A stretch of DNA of 60,379 nt, taken from contig JBDGSJ010000004.1 of NCBI GenBank assembly GCA_042217585.1, forward strand, positions 1-60,379, given 5' to 3'. Position 1 is the first letter of the stretch. Each line of letters opens with the position of its first letter. Positions 25,179 through 33,679 of this stretch are shown in pieces. The notes under the pieces are model-generated. The model ran no database searches, was not told the origin of the DNA, and saw only the letters and a program-made list of their open reading frames with translations. This DNA is from Candidatus Nanohaloarchaea archaeon (GTDB taxonomy: Archaea > Nanohalarchaeota > Nanosalinia > Nanosalinales > Nanosalinaceae). Both the position numbers and the translations under genes were made by a program.

Positions 25179-26066
25179 ATGGATTTTTCCCTCGATTCGA
25201 TAGACCTTCCGTGGGGAGGAGACGACGAGGAAGAGGAACCCTCGGGGAAGAAGGTAATCCGGCTGAAGGAGGAGAAGGAGAAGTTCAAGAAAAAATACGA
25301 GGCCGAGAAGGAGCGGAGGAGCGAACTATCGACGAAGAAACAGGAGGCCGAGAAGGAGCTGAACCGGGTGAAGGACCAGCTCAGGTCCCTGCGGGACCGT
25401 GCCGTCGAGGATGAGAGCGAGGAACTTGAGTACGATTACAGGAACATCAGCGTGGAAAATACCCTGAGTATACTGAGAAAGCTTGAATCAGTGGTGTCGC
25501 CGGATGAGGACCTGATCACAGTCTACTCTCCGGAGAAGGTGACGGAGGTCCAGGATTTCAAGGGGCTGAAAAACGCGGTATCGATCGAGCAGGAGGCCCT
25601 GCTGAAGAACCAGGAGTCGTTCGCGGCTTTCCTGGACCAGCAGGTTTTCAGCGTGGTTCTGAAGACCCGGCCTTTCAGTGAGGGAGAGTGGTTCCTCGAC
25701 CGGTCCTTCAGGATGGAGCTCCTTGACTTCATAGAGAGGGAGAAGATCTGGGCGCTTGTCTCCGCCGGAGAGACAGACATATTCCGGGAGGAAGGTGGAG
25801 AGGTCGAGCACCTGGACCAGCTCTCCACGCGCGTGGACAGCCAGCATTCCAGCGGCGGGTTCTCGCAGGACCGGTTCGAGAGGATAAGAGATGAGCAGAT
25901 AAACGAACATCTGGACGAGGTCCGCGAGCGACTTGATGAGTTCGACGAGGTCCTGCTACTCGGTGAAAAAGACCTCTGCAAGGAGCTTCCGGGCCGTTAT
26001 CTCGGCGGATTCGACCCGAACAGGACACCGCCCGAGGTATTTTACAACTTCCAGCTGATGAAATAA
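25179..26066 (+). CDS. Vms1/ANKZF1-like (VLRF1) release-factor-fold protein
   Basis: VDSQHSSGGFSQDRFER motif with an N-terminal coiled coil. Confidence 0.85.
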   Translation: MDFSLDSIDLPWGGDDEEEEPSGKKVIRLKEEKEKFKKKYEAEKERRSELSTKKQEAEKELNRVKDQLRSLRDRAVEDESEELEYDYRNISVENTLSILRKLESVVSPDEDLITVYSPEKVTEVQDFKGLKNAVSIEQEALLKNQESFAAFLDQQVFSVVLKTRPFSEGEWFLDRSFRMELLDFIEREKIWALVSAGETDIFREEGGEVEHLDQLSTRVDSQHSSGGFSQDRFERIRDEQINEHLDEVRERLDEFDEVLLLGEKDLCKELPGRYLGGFDPNRTPPEVFYNFQLMK

Positions 26067-26068
26067 CC

Positions 26069-26752
26069 ATGGACGATATCAGAGAGATAAACCGGGTTCT
26101 GAGGGAGGAGTACGGTGAGCCGGAGGAACCGGTGGACCAGTCCGGCGTGGATTACCTTATAGAGACCATACTTTCACAGAACACCAACGACGTGAACAGG
26201 GATAAGGCGTTCGACCGCCTGAACGAGACGTTCGACAGTTACAGGGAGATCGAGGAGGCGGACCGGGAGGAACTGATCGATGCCATCCGGGTCGCGGGCC
26301 TGGGTCCGACAAAGGCTGAACGGATACAGAACGCGCTTGAGATAATACGTGAGGACCAGGGAGAGTACAGCCTAGATTTCATAGGTGACATGGATGTTGA
26401 GGATGGGAAGGAGTGGCTCACGAGGATACCCGGTATCGGTCCGAAGACCGCTGCGATAATCCTGTGCTTCCATTTCAGGAAGCCTGTTATCCCAGTGGAC
26501 ACTCACGTCCACAGGGTGTCCAAGAGACTGGGTCTTATCCCTGAGGACGCCTCAAGGAAGAAGGCTCACAGGATACTGGAGGAGAAGGTGCCGGACGGGA
26601 TAAAGTACGGATTCCACAGACTGCTGATAACTCACGGCCGCGAGACCTGCACCGCCAGGAACCCTGACTGCCGTGAATGTGTATTGAAGAACCACTGTAG
26701 ATATTATGAAGAAGTTATTGAGGGGGATAGAACCCCAGAAGAATTCGGGTAA
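26069..26752 (+). CDS. nth: endonuclease III (HhH-GPD, 4Fe-4S)
   Basis: ILSQNT, IPGIGPKTA, VDTHVHR, C-x6-C-x2-C-x5-C. Confidence 0.93.
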   Translation: MDDIREINRVLREEYGEPEEPVDQSGVDYLIETILSQNTNDVNRDKAFDRLNETFDSYREIEEADREELIDAIRVAGLGPTKAERIQNALEIIREDQGEYSLDFIGDMDVEDGKEWLTRIPGIGPKTAAIILCFHFRKPVIPVDTHVHRVSKRLGLIPEDASRKKAHRILEEKVPDGIKYGFHRLLITHGRETCTARNPDCRECVLKNHCRYYEEVIEGDRTPEEFG

Positions 26753-26757
26753 GAGGA

Positions 26758-26997
26758 TTACTCCTCTTCCAGTTCGTCCTGAAGATCTCCGGACTCCATC
26801 TCCTGCTGCTGTTCCTGCATCTCTTCGACGATCTCCTGAGCTCGCTCGTTGATCTCCTCTTCCTCGATAACGTCGTTCTCCTCGAGGACCGTGAGAAGAG
26901 CCTGGAGTGTGAGCTGGAGGTCTCCGACCTTCTGGTTTATCATCTGAAACATCTGCTGCGGTGGAACTTCGTCCGGTTGATTCGGTTGATCTGCCAT
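26758..26997 (-). CDS. small coiled-coil hypothetical protein
   Basis: 79-aa Q/E-rich ORF. Confidence 0.7.
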   Translation of the reverse strand: MADQPNQPDEVPPQQMFQMINQKVGDLQLTLQALLTVLEENDVIEEEEINERAQEIVEEMQEQQQEMESGDLQDELEEE

Positions 26998-27055
26998 TAT
27001 AAATGCACCAGTGTTTCAGGAAGGGTGAAGAAACCTTTTAAAACAACCACCAGTT

Positions 27056-27331
27056 TCAGGACAGTCTGTCCGGTATCTCGTTCTCAGAGAAGTCCTCTAC
27101 GTCCTTCAGGGCGTCCTTCGCTATCCTGATGGCTACCTCTCCCATCGTGTCCTGGTAGGCAGAGACCAGCTCATCCAGTTCCTCCCGGCCGCCCTCCAGC
27201 TCCGATATCTCTCCGTCCTCCATCCGGACGAAATCCTGTCTCCTCGCTATACCTACGGCTGCCCGTCCGATAAGAGAACTGTACTCCCTGAAGATTTTTG
27301 CGGCTGCTCGGGTGTAAAAATCGTCACTCAT
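27056..27331 (-). CDS. small hypothetical protein related to the repeat unit of the 20686-21255 protein
   Basis: FY..A..KI..EY..LIG..A..IAR....V...GEI....G..ELDELV..YQDTMG.VA. Confidence 0.7.
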   Translation of the reverse strand: MSDDFYTRAAAKIFREYSSLIGRAAVGIARRQDFVRMEDGEISELEGGREELDELVSAYQDTMGEVAIRIAKDALKDVEDFSENEIPDRLS

Positions 27332-27390
27332 TCGTTTGGCCCGGTGCTCTAAACGGAGAATTGCCCATAGATATTTTTATAGCCATCGAG

Positions 27391-27789
27391 TCAGAGAGAG
27401 GTCCGGGCTCCGCAGGCCTGGCATTTCATCATCTCGACGCCCTTCTCCTTGATTATACTTGTATCAGGCCTTCCGCACTCGGGACAGAAGACGTACTCCT
27501 CAGCGTACTGCTCTATCCGTCTCTGCACGTTCCCGCGCCGGAACTCTCCGTTCATGATAAGCTCGCCGTTCTCGACGTGTCCCGCGGTCCCTATCTCGTT
27601 CTGTATGTACTTGGAAAGATGCTTCTCCTCCCTCCCGAACTTCTCCGCGATACCGGAGAAGTCCTCGATAACGGTCTTGGACCCTTCCTTCCGAGTCTTC
27701 ACGTCCGGGATTTCGAACCTTTCCTCTTCCCCGATATCCTCGGGGACCTCTTCCTGCGCCTCTTCCAGCATATCGTCGTATTCTTCCAT
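27391..27789 (-). CDS. translation initiation factor 2 beta subunit (aIF2-beta)
   Basis: ERFEIP, EG.KTVI..F, EIGTAG, YVFCPECGRPDT, CQACGAR. Confidence 0.95.
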   Translation of the reverse strand: MEEYDDMLEEAQEEVPEDIGEEERFEIPDVKTRKEGSKTVIEDFSGIAEKFGREEKHLSKYIQNEIGTAGHVENGELIMNGEFRRGNVQRRIEQYAEEYVFCPECGRPDTSIIKEKGVEMMKCQACGARTSL

Positions 27790-27798
27790 TTTGACCAC

Positions 27799-28545
27799 CT
27801 AAAGCTTCTTTATCTTGCCGGGCTGGGGTTCGTAACAGGTCCCATCGGACAGCAACTGGTTTATGGTGTCCTCAAGGGCATCCTCCGGTTCATCCAGCTC
27901 GTCAACTATCTCGGAGTAGTCCGCCCCCTCGCCCTCGTCGAGCCTTTCGACAGCGTCAAGGACCTTCTTCTCGAGGTTCTCACGGTCCTCTGAGGACCCG
28001 TCGGAGCCGAAGTCCTCGCCGAAGCTCTGGAGCAGTGAGTCGACCTCCATCTCGTCCAGCTTCCCGGCCATCTCCTTCTCTATCTCTTCCTGGTCCTTGC
28101 CGGATTCCTTGAGCTGTTCCACGGTCTCCCTTATGCTCTCCCATTCCTCGGCGTTCTTCTTTTTCTGCAGCCTGTGAAGCAGTTCCTTCTTGATACCTCT
28201 CTTCTTCAGTATCTCGCCGTCAAGGTATATCTGTCCCTGGTACTCCCTTACCTTGCCGACGACCTCGATTATGTCGCCGACCTCGAAATCCTCCATCTTC
28301 TGGAGCTCGTTGAAGAACTTGACCTGAACCGTGTCCTTCCCGTCATCAAGCGTCAGCGAACCGTATGTCTCGTCCTCGTTCGTGAACCGGTCCACTACCG
28401 TCGCCACGAGCCGGGCACGTGACAGCCTCCTTCCGTCAGGAGTCAGAAGATAGTTGGGTTCGAAACCCTCTTTCTGGAAGTACTTGCCCGAGTTGAGTTC
28501 CCCAGTATCAGTCAGTTTTGCTGTCTGTCTCTTCTGCTGCGGCAT
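27799..28545 (-). CDS. RPA32-like OB-fold plus winged-helix protein
   Basis: RQTA, PNYLLTP.G..LSRARLVATVV, LDDG..T; C-terminal L..G.CYEP.PG wHTH. Confidence 0.85.
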   Translation of the reverse strand: MPQQKRQTAKLTDTGELNSGKYFQKEGFEPNYLLTPDGRRLSRARLVATVVDRFTNEDETYGSLTLDDGKDTVQVKFFNELQKMEDFEVGDIIEVVGKVREYQGQIYLDGEILKKRGIKKELLHRLQKKKNAEEWESIRETVEQLKESGKDQEEIEKEMAGKLDEMEVDSLLQSFGEDFGSDGSSEDRENLEKKVLDAVERLDEGEGADYSEIVDELDEPEDALEDTINQLLSDGTCYEPQPGKIKKL

Positions 28546-28589
28546 AGTATCTTTCTCTCTGAATATTCTTTTGTATCTTTACATGCAGG

Positions 28590-30581
28590 TCAGATCTTCT
28601 GGACGTGGCCCTGCTTTGGCTCGAAAAGTTCGCCCTCTCTCTTCAGCTTTTCGATTATATCCTCGGCCTTGTCCTCCGAGATGCCCTCGTCCTCCGCCAG
28701 TTCTATGACTTCCTCTATCTCTGCCGAGTCATCAGACCCGGCGAGGTCCTCTATGATGTGCTTGACGGTCTGGAGCCTGTTCCTCTGCGACGACGATACA
28801 CCGGATTCGATCATATCTATGTCGAAGTCCCCGGTCTCCGGGTCGGTCCCCACAAGCTTGAGGCAGTAGGTCAGCAGGTCTATCGCCCGCTCCGCGTCCT
28901 CCACGAGGACCTCGTCCCTCAGATGGGCTCTCGCGGACGCCTCCGCAATCCTTATCATCGCCTCGAGCTGTCTCGCTGTAATAGGTACGCTACCGCCTTC
29001 TTCATCTGCCTTGGAGCGCATGTTCACGTAGAACTCCTGTATCTCGTCCGCGGCATCCTTCCTGAGCTCAGGGTTCACGTTCCTCTTCGCATATGCGATG
29101 TATTTCATTAGCTTGTCCTGACCCAGCTCCGCCTCGGTTTCCTGCGGATCCCTGTGGTTCTGGAGTATCTTCGAGGCCAGCTCGGTGTCCTTCTCCTCGT
29201 CAGGCTCGTCCATCACAGGGAAGATGAAGTCGAACCGTGAGAGAAGGGTGTCTCCTATGCTTATCTGCTCAGGTATCGGCTCATAGGGGTCGAACCTTCC
29301 GAGCTTCGGGTTTCCCGCCGCCAGTATTGAGGTCTGGGCGTTGAGAGTCGCCTGTATGTTCGCCTTCGAGACGCTGATCTGCTGCTGCTCCATCGCCTCG
29401 TGGAGCGAGGACCGGTCCTCTTCGCTCATCTTGTCTATCTCGTCGATGGCCGCCATGCCCTTGTGTGCGAGGACCACGGCTCCTGCCTCAAGGGAGAACT
29501 CGCCCGTCGATTCCTCCTTGACCACGGAAGCGGTCAGTCCCGCGCCGGTCGACGACTTTCCGACCACGTACCGTCCTTTCGGAGCCAGTTCCCCGGCGAA
29601 CTTGAGCATCTGTGATTTACCGGTTCCCGGCTCACCTATCAGAAGTATATGTATGTCTCCTCGGCTCTCGACCCCGTCATCGCGGACCTTCCTCACGCCG
29701 CCGAACATCTGGAGCGCGATAGCCTCCTTGATCCTTTCATGCCCGTAGATGCTGGGTGCGATAGAACTGGCTATCCTCTCGAAGATCCCGTCCTGATCCG
29801 AAAGCTCGACTATATCCTCTATCTCTTCTTCTGTCAGTTCAAGCTCCTCGAACTCCTGCTCCAGGGGATTTAGGTAGTTCGCCTCCATGTAGATGTCGAA
29901 CTTCTTCGAATTCTTCTTCAGCGGCCTCTCCCGGACTATTCCCGTGACCTCGACCACGTTACCCGGGGTCACCCTTTTCTGGAACTCGGGATCGACCAGA
30001 TCGCCCTCCAGCCTGACCTTTATCGAGGACGGCTGCTCAGAGCCTTCTCTTGAGTCAGGGTCCTCCTCCAGCGTTATTATCTGCGTGTCAGTCATCTTCT
30101 TCTCGATAGTGTCGAAGTTCCTTGAACCGCAGTCGCACTTGTAAGGTGATTTCAGCTTGGAGGAATCCTGCTCCTTCTCGTACCTGTCCCCACACTGCGT
30201 ACATTCGAATATCGCGGAGACGACCTCGGGCTTGACCTGTGAGGCGCGCTTTATCATTCCCTCGACAGGGGTGAACTTACCGATGTGCTTGGACCTCAGG
30301 TTCCTGAGCCGGACGAAGTCCTCCTCCGGCATCTCAGTGAACCTGATCCTGAGCTCCTCATCCGTGACCACATCAACACCTTTTATTCCCTCCTCTGCCG
30401 CCTCTACAGCGCTCTCCGGCTCCTCCTTCAGGTACTCGCCGAGCTCGGGGTTGAAGAGGTCCATATCCTGGTAACCGACGACGACCGAATCTTCCCCCTC
30501 CTGGACGGCAGTTGCCACTTCCCTGTGGTATTTCTGTGAGAAGAACTCCTCGAACTCCGTGACCGCCTCCCCGTACTCCAT
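28590..30581 (-). CDS. mcm: MCM replicative helicase
   Basis: Zn finger, GEPGTGKSQ Walker A, IDEIDKM Walker B, LLSRFD, TARQLE; no intein. Confidence 0.98.
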   Translation of the reverse strand: MEYGEAVTEFEEFFSQKYHREVATAVQEGEDSVVVGYQDMDLFNPELGEYLKEEPESAVEAAEEGIKGVDVVTDEELRIRFTEMPEEDFVRLRNLRSKHIGKFTPVEGMIKRASQVKPEVVSAIFECTQCGDRYEKEQDSSKLKSPYKCDCGSRNFDTIEKKMTDTQIITLEEDPDSREGSEQPSSIKVRLEGDLVDPEFQKRVTPGNVVEVTGIVRERPLKKNSKKFDIYMEANYLNPLEQEFEELELTEEEIEDIVELSDQDGIFERIASSIAPSIYGHERIKEAIALQMFGGVRKVRDDGVESRGDIHILLIGEPGTGKSQMLKFAGELAPKGRYVVGKSSTGAGLTASVVKEESTGEFSLEAGAVVLAHKGMAAIDEIDKMSEEDRSSLHEAMEQQQISVSKANIQATLNAQTSILAAGNPKLGRFDPYEPIPEQISIGDTLLSRFDFIFPVMDEPDEEKDTELASKILQNHRDPQETEAELGQDKLMKYIAYAKRNVNPELRKDAADEIQEFYVNMRSKADEEGGSVPITARQLEAMIRIAEASARAHLRDEVLVEDAERAIDLLTYCLKLVGTDPETGDFDIDMIESGVSSSQRNRLQTVKHIIEDLAGSDDSAEIEEVIELAEDEGISEDKAEDIIEKLKREGELFEPKQGHVQKI

Positions 30582-30664
30582 AACTCAAACTGTTAGGTCA
30601 AATATCATAAAGGTGGATGAAGAAAAATGAAGGAAACGTGTGGACCTCTGAAAGACCGCTGAGA

Positions 30665-31216
30665 TCAGTCCAGAGCACCTATCTCTTTCAGGTTCTCCTC
30701 GAGCTTGTTGATCCCTTCCTTCACGTCCTCGTAGGTCCTTCCTCCTGTACACACCAGGTTTCCTGATGAGAACAGGAGGAAAACGACCTCAGGCTCGTCA
30801 AGGCGGTAGACCAGGCCCGGGAACTGCTCAGGCTCGTACTCGGTACCTACCAGCTCGAAAGCTATCCTGTTCAGGTTCAGTGTAGCCGGGAGCTCGGAAG
30901 AGGCCACGATGTTCTGGACCGTGATCTCCGGCTTGTTCCCTATCTCGACGTCAGCCTCCTTGAGTTCCTCTATTATCTTATGAGTAGCTTCTTTCGCCTG
31001 CTCGGGACTCTTCGTTCCTGTACAGACTATCTTCCCTGACCCGAAAAGAAGTGCAGCAGCCTTCGGTTCCTCCAGCCTGTAGACCAGGCCCGGGAACTGC
31101 TCAGGCTCGTACTCAGTGTTTTCAAGGTAGATTGCTATCCTGTCCAGAGGCAGCCTGCGGTCAAATGTAGCAGAGGCCACAACGTTCTGTATCTCGATAT
31201 CGTCTTCTTCGACCAT
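30665..31216 (-). CDS. tbp: TATA-box binding protein
   Basis: Two NVVAS/NIVAS...EYEPEQFPGLVYR...LLF.SG..VCTG repeats. Confidence 0.98.
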   Translation of the reverse strand: MVEEDDIEIQNVVASATFDRRLPLDRIAIYLENTEYEPEQFPGLVYRLEEPKAAALLFGSGKIVCTGTKSPEQAKEATHKIIEELKEADVEIGNKPEITVQNIVASSELPATLNLNRIAFELVGTEYEPEQFPGLVYRLDEPEVVFLLFSSGNLVCTGGRTYEDVKEGINKLEENLKEIGALD

Positions 31217-31273
31217 GGGGGTTCACCTAGTTCTCAGTGAGGGTACTTTTAACCTATTTAAATGAATTATACC

Positions 31274-31287
31274 TCATTTATAAATGA
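31274..31287. promoter_or_regulatory. perfect 14-bp palindrome TCATTTATAAATGA in the AT-rich tbp divergent promoter
   Basis: Read directly; contains TTTATAAA; TAAATG also at 31259 and 31295. Confidence 0.5.
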
Positions 31288-31335
31288 ACTCTTTTAAATG
31301 GTTTGATAATCTGAAATACCAACAGGTTGCCGTCA

Positions 31336-31605
31336 ATGAATGAAACACAGAGACAGCTGGTCCTGCTTCTGGGGATAATGGTGATGCTTACAGCCGTTTT
31401 CACGAGCCTGGAGCTCTTCAACAGCTCTTCTCCGGACATAAATTCTACTCAACCTGTTAACGGCTCGAACATCTCCGAACAGCCCAATCAGACCGAAAAG
31501 CCGGACGGGAAGAAGGACAGCTCCAAATCAGTCATACAGCAATCTATCGAAGGCCTCCAGGCGCTCTGGCAAAGCTTCCTCAGAGGTCTCTCCCTCGTAC
31601 TCTAG
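31336..31605 (+). CDS. small membrane-anchored protein with N-glycosylation sequons
   Basis: N-terminal TM helix; NSS, NST, NGS, NIS, NQT sequons. Confidence 0.6.
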   Translation: MNETQRQLVLLLGIMVMLTAVFTSLELFNSSSPDINSTQPVNGSNISEQPNQTEKPDGKKDSSKSVIQQSIEGLQALWQSFLRGLSLVL

Positions 31606-31931
31606 TTTTCAAGACTCTTGAGAGTCCCGGAAACCTCAAGGACCTCAAAAGAAGCTTTATTTCCGCCCACGTCCTCTATCAAGGCTATCGAGGACCTGAT
31701 CTCGTCTTCTGTTCTGGAGTTGAACCGGACGACCCCGGTCTGTTCCTCGTCACTGTAACGGTTCTCCATCACCCACATATCCGCCAGACTTGCACCGGAC
31801 GTGCCAGCAACCCGGAGAACCGCCTCCTGGAGCGCATCGACCACCTGACCGAACAGCACCGGTTCCTCGGAGTCCACGCGGAAGGCAGCGTAGCGGTGGT
31901 CCTCCTGGATGCTCGGCGGGAGACGCTTCAC
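31602..31931 (-). CDS. rnp2: RNase P protein Pop5/Rpp14
   Basis: LPPS....RY..F, G..G, VSGTLK; conserved gene order after rnp3. Confidence 0.88.
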   Translation of the reverse strand: MKRLPPSIQEDHRYAAFRVDSEEPVLFGQVVDALQEAVLRVAGTSGASLADMWVMENRYSDEEQTGVVRFNSRTEDEIRSSIALIEDVGGNKASFEVLEVSGTLKSLEN

Positions 31932-32539
31932 TCCTCCCTCACCCCAGGACGGACGAACGAGTCTTCTGTCCTCTCACGGTTTCTGGAGATTATCTCCCCG
32001 GGATTTCCAGTTACAGCTGCCTCACCGTCGTGTCCCAGAACGTTTAGGATGGCAGCCAGGTCCCTCGGAGCCCTGAGCTCGTACCTGTCTTCCGGTTTCG
32101 TGGTCAAAACGTAGTCAACCCCGTATTTCTCACATATCTTCAGGTTCCTCCGCCATTCAGACATGACGTGTGACTGCTCCCTGTCAGAGGTCCAGAGCCG
32201 GCTGAAATCTAATCCCAGCGCCACCCGGTTTTCGGCGGCTTCCTCCGCCATCACGTGGTTGAATCCCGAGTCCTTTCTGCCCTTTCCGGGATGAATCAAG
32301 ATGTCGAGCCGTGAATCCCCACACACCTTCCGGTTCATTTCCTCGTCGCCTCCCTCGTAGACAAGGACGTCCGCCTCTTCACGTCTCTCCCGGATCTCTC
32401 TTTTCAGACATCCCCAGTCTCTCGCCGACAGGAAGACGGTTTCCGTACCGAAGGATTCAGGGTCCCAGCCCTTTCTCTCCGCTTCCCGGATCATCTCTTC
32501 CGTGACATCACGGGCACAGATTTCGTGGAAATCGGCCAT
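31928..32539 (-). CDS. rnp3: RNase P protein Rpp30
   Basis: GGD...NRK, DILIHP, FNHVMA..AAEN.VA, ELRAPRDL; start trimmed to ATG 32539. Confidence 0.9.
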   Translation of the reverse strand: MADFHEICARDVTEEMIREAERKGWDPESFGTETVFLSARDWGCLKREIRERREEADVLVYEGGDEEMNRKVCGDSRLDILIHPGKGRKDSGFNHVMAEEAAENRVALGLDFSRLWTSDREQSHVMSEWRRNLKICEKYGVDYVLTTKPEDRYELRAPRDLAAILNVLGHDGEAAVTGNPGEIISRNRERTEDSFVRPGVREE

Positions 32540-32573
32540 AACGAGTAATAGAACTGGAAAGTAAAAAAGTGAA

Positions 32574-33149
32574 TTACTTGGTCCTGTTGTCGTTCGCAGC
32601 CTGGGAAGGCCTGACCTTCTCAGCTCCCTTGCCGCGGTTATCGAGACCCCGTGAATCCTTTCCTGCGGGGGTCTTCCCTCTCTCTGCACGTCTCTTCTCG
32701 TCACAGATCCAGTTGATGTCGTCGTCGCTCTCGATCTCAGGGTGCTCGGGGTCGACCATTATGACCTCGAACCATTTCCTGTTTCCGTCCTCGGCGACCC
32801 AGTAACTGGCAAGGACCTCGAGGTTGTCGTATTCATCGGAGGCTCTCTGCTCCGCGATGACCTGCTTCGATTTCTTGGAGGAGTAACGGTTCTGGCCGGT
32901 CCTCTTGGGCCTTCTTCCGGCCTTGACATCTTCTCTCTTTGATCCTCCCTTGTCGATCTTGACGCGAACTACGCTGAAGCCTTTCTTGGCCTTGTATCCC
33001 AGGCTCCGTGCCTTGGGTATCCTTGTGGGGTTCTCGACCCTCTTCATCGCAGGTTCCTCTCTCCACTCGACAAGTCTCTGCTGCCAGAGCTCGTCCAGGT
33101 TCTCCTTGGGCTGGTCGTACTGCTCTCGCGCGTACTTGTAGTAACTCAT
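32574..33149 (-). CDS. rpl15e: 50S ribosomal protein L15e
   Basis: PTRI.KARSLGYKAK.G, GRRPKR, NLEVL.SYWV.EDG..KWFEVIMVDP; start at ATG 33149. Confidence 0.97.
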   Translation of the reverse strand: MSYYKYAREQYDQPKENLDELWQQRLVEWREEPAMKRVENPTRIPKARSLGYKAKKGFSVVRVKIDKGGSKREDVKAGRRPKRTGQNRYSSKKSKQVIAEQRASDEYDNLEVLASYWVAEDGNRKWFEVIMVDPEHPEIESDDDINWICDEKRRAERGKTPAGKDSRGLDNRGKGAEKVRPSQAANDNRTK

Positions 33150-33268
33150 TTTGAACTCCTCGTACCTGATAAACTCCCCACAAAATATTATAAACCCTGC
33201 CAGTAGAGCTGTTGTCTCTGCTCCAAAACACATAAAAGATGAACCTGTTATAACCTTCCTGTGATACC

Positions 33269-33673
33269 ATGCATCCAGCAGTAAAAGTGCTAGTTGGCGC
33301 CCTGATGGTAGTGATAGGTGTCTTCTCGACGTGGACCTTCCTTGACCAGATAACGGTCCTTGTGAAGGGAGCTATAGGCCCACTGCTTGTTCTGCTCGGC
33401 GCTTTCATCGTCTGGCTTGAGAGCGACGAGTGGAAGATGAGAAGAGAGGAGAAGAAATCCGAGGGAACAGGATTCCAGCAGAGTTTACAGGAACAGGCAG
33501 AGACCGCGGTATCCGCCGAAGAGGTCCAGGACCAAGTGGATGAAGATGAGGAAGAAGATGAAGACGTAGAGGAAGTCTCAGAAGCGGAGGACGAGAAGGT
33601 CGCCTGCCCTGAATGCGGAAAGGAATTCGACACCGAAAGAGGGATGAAGATCCATCAGGCGCAGAAACACTGA
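33269..33673 (+). CDS. 2-TM membrane protein with a C-terminal C2H2 zinc finger
   Basis: Two TM helices, acidic linker, CPECGKEFDTERGMKIHQAQKH. Confidence 0.8.
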   Translation: MHPAVKVLVGALMVVIGVFSTWTFLDQITVLVKGAIGPLLVLLGAFIVWLESDEWKMRREEKKSEGTGFQQSLQEQAETAVSAEEVQDQVDEDEEEDEDVEEVSEAEDEKVACPECGKEFDTERGMKIHQAQKH

Positions 33674-33679
33674 CAGGAT

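Noticed and set aside
28590..30581. Inteins in MCM (also checked atpA)
   Set aside because: Lengths are standard and the motifs are contiguous.
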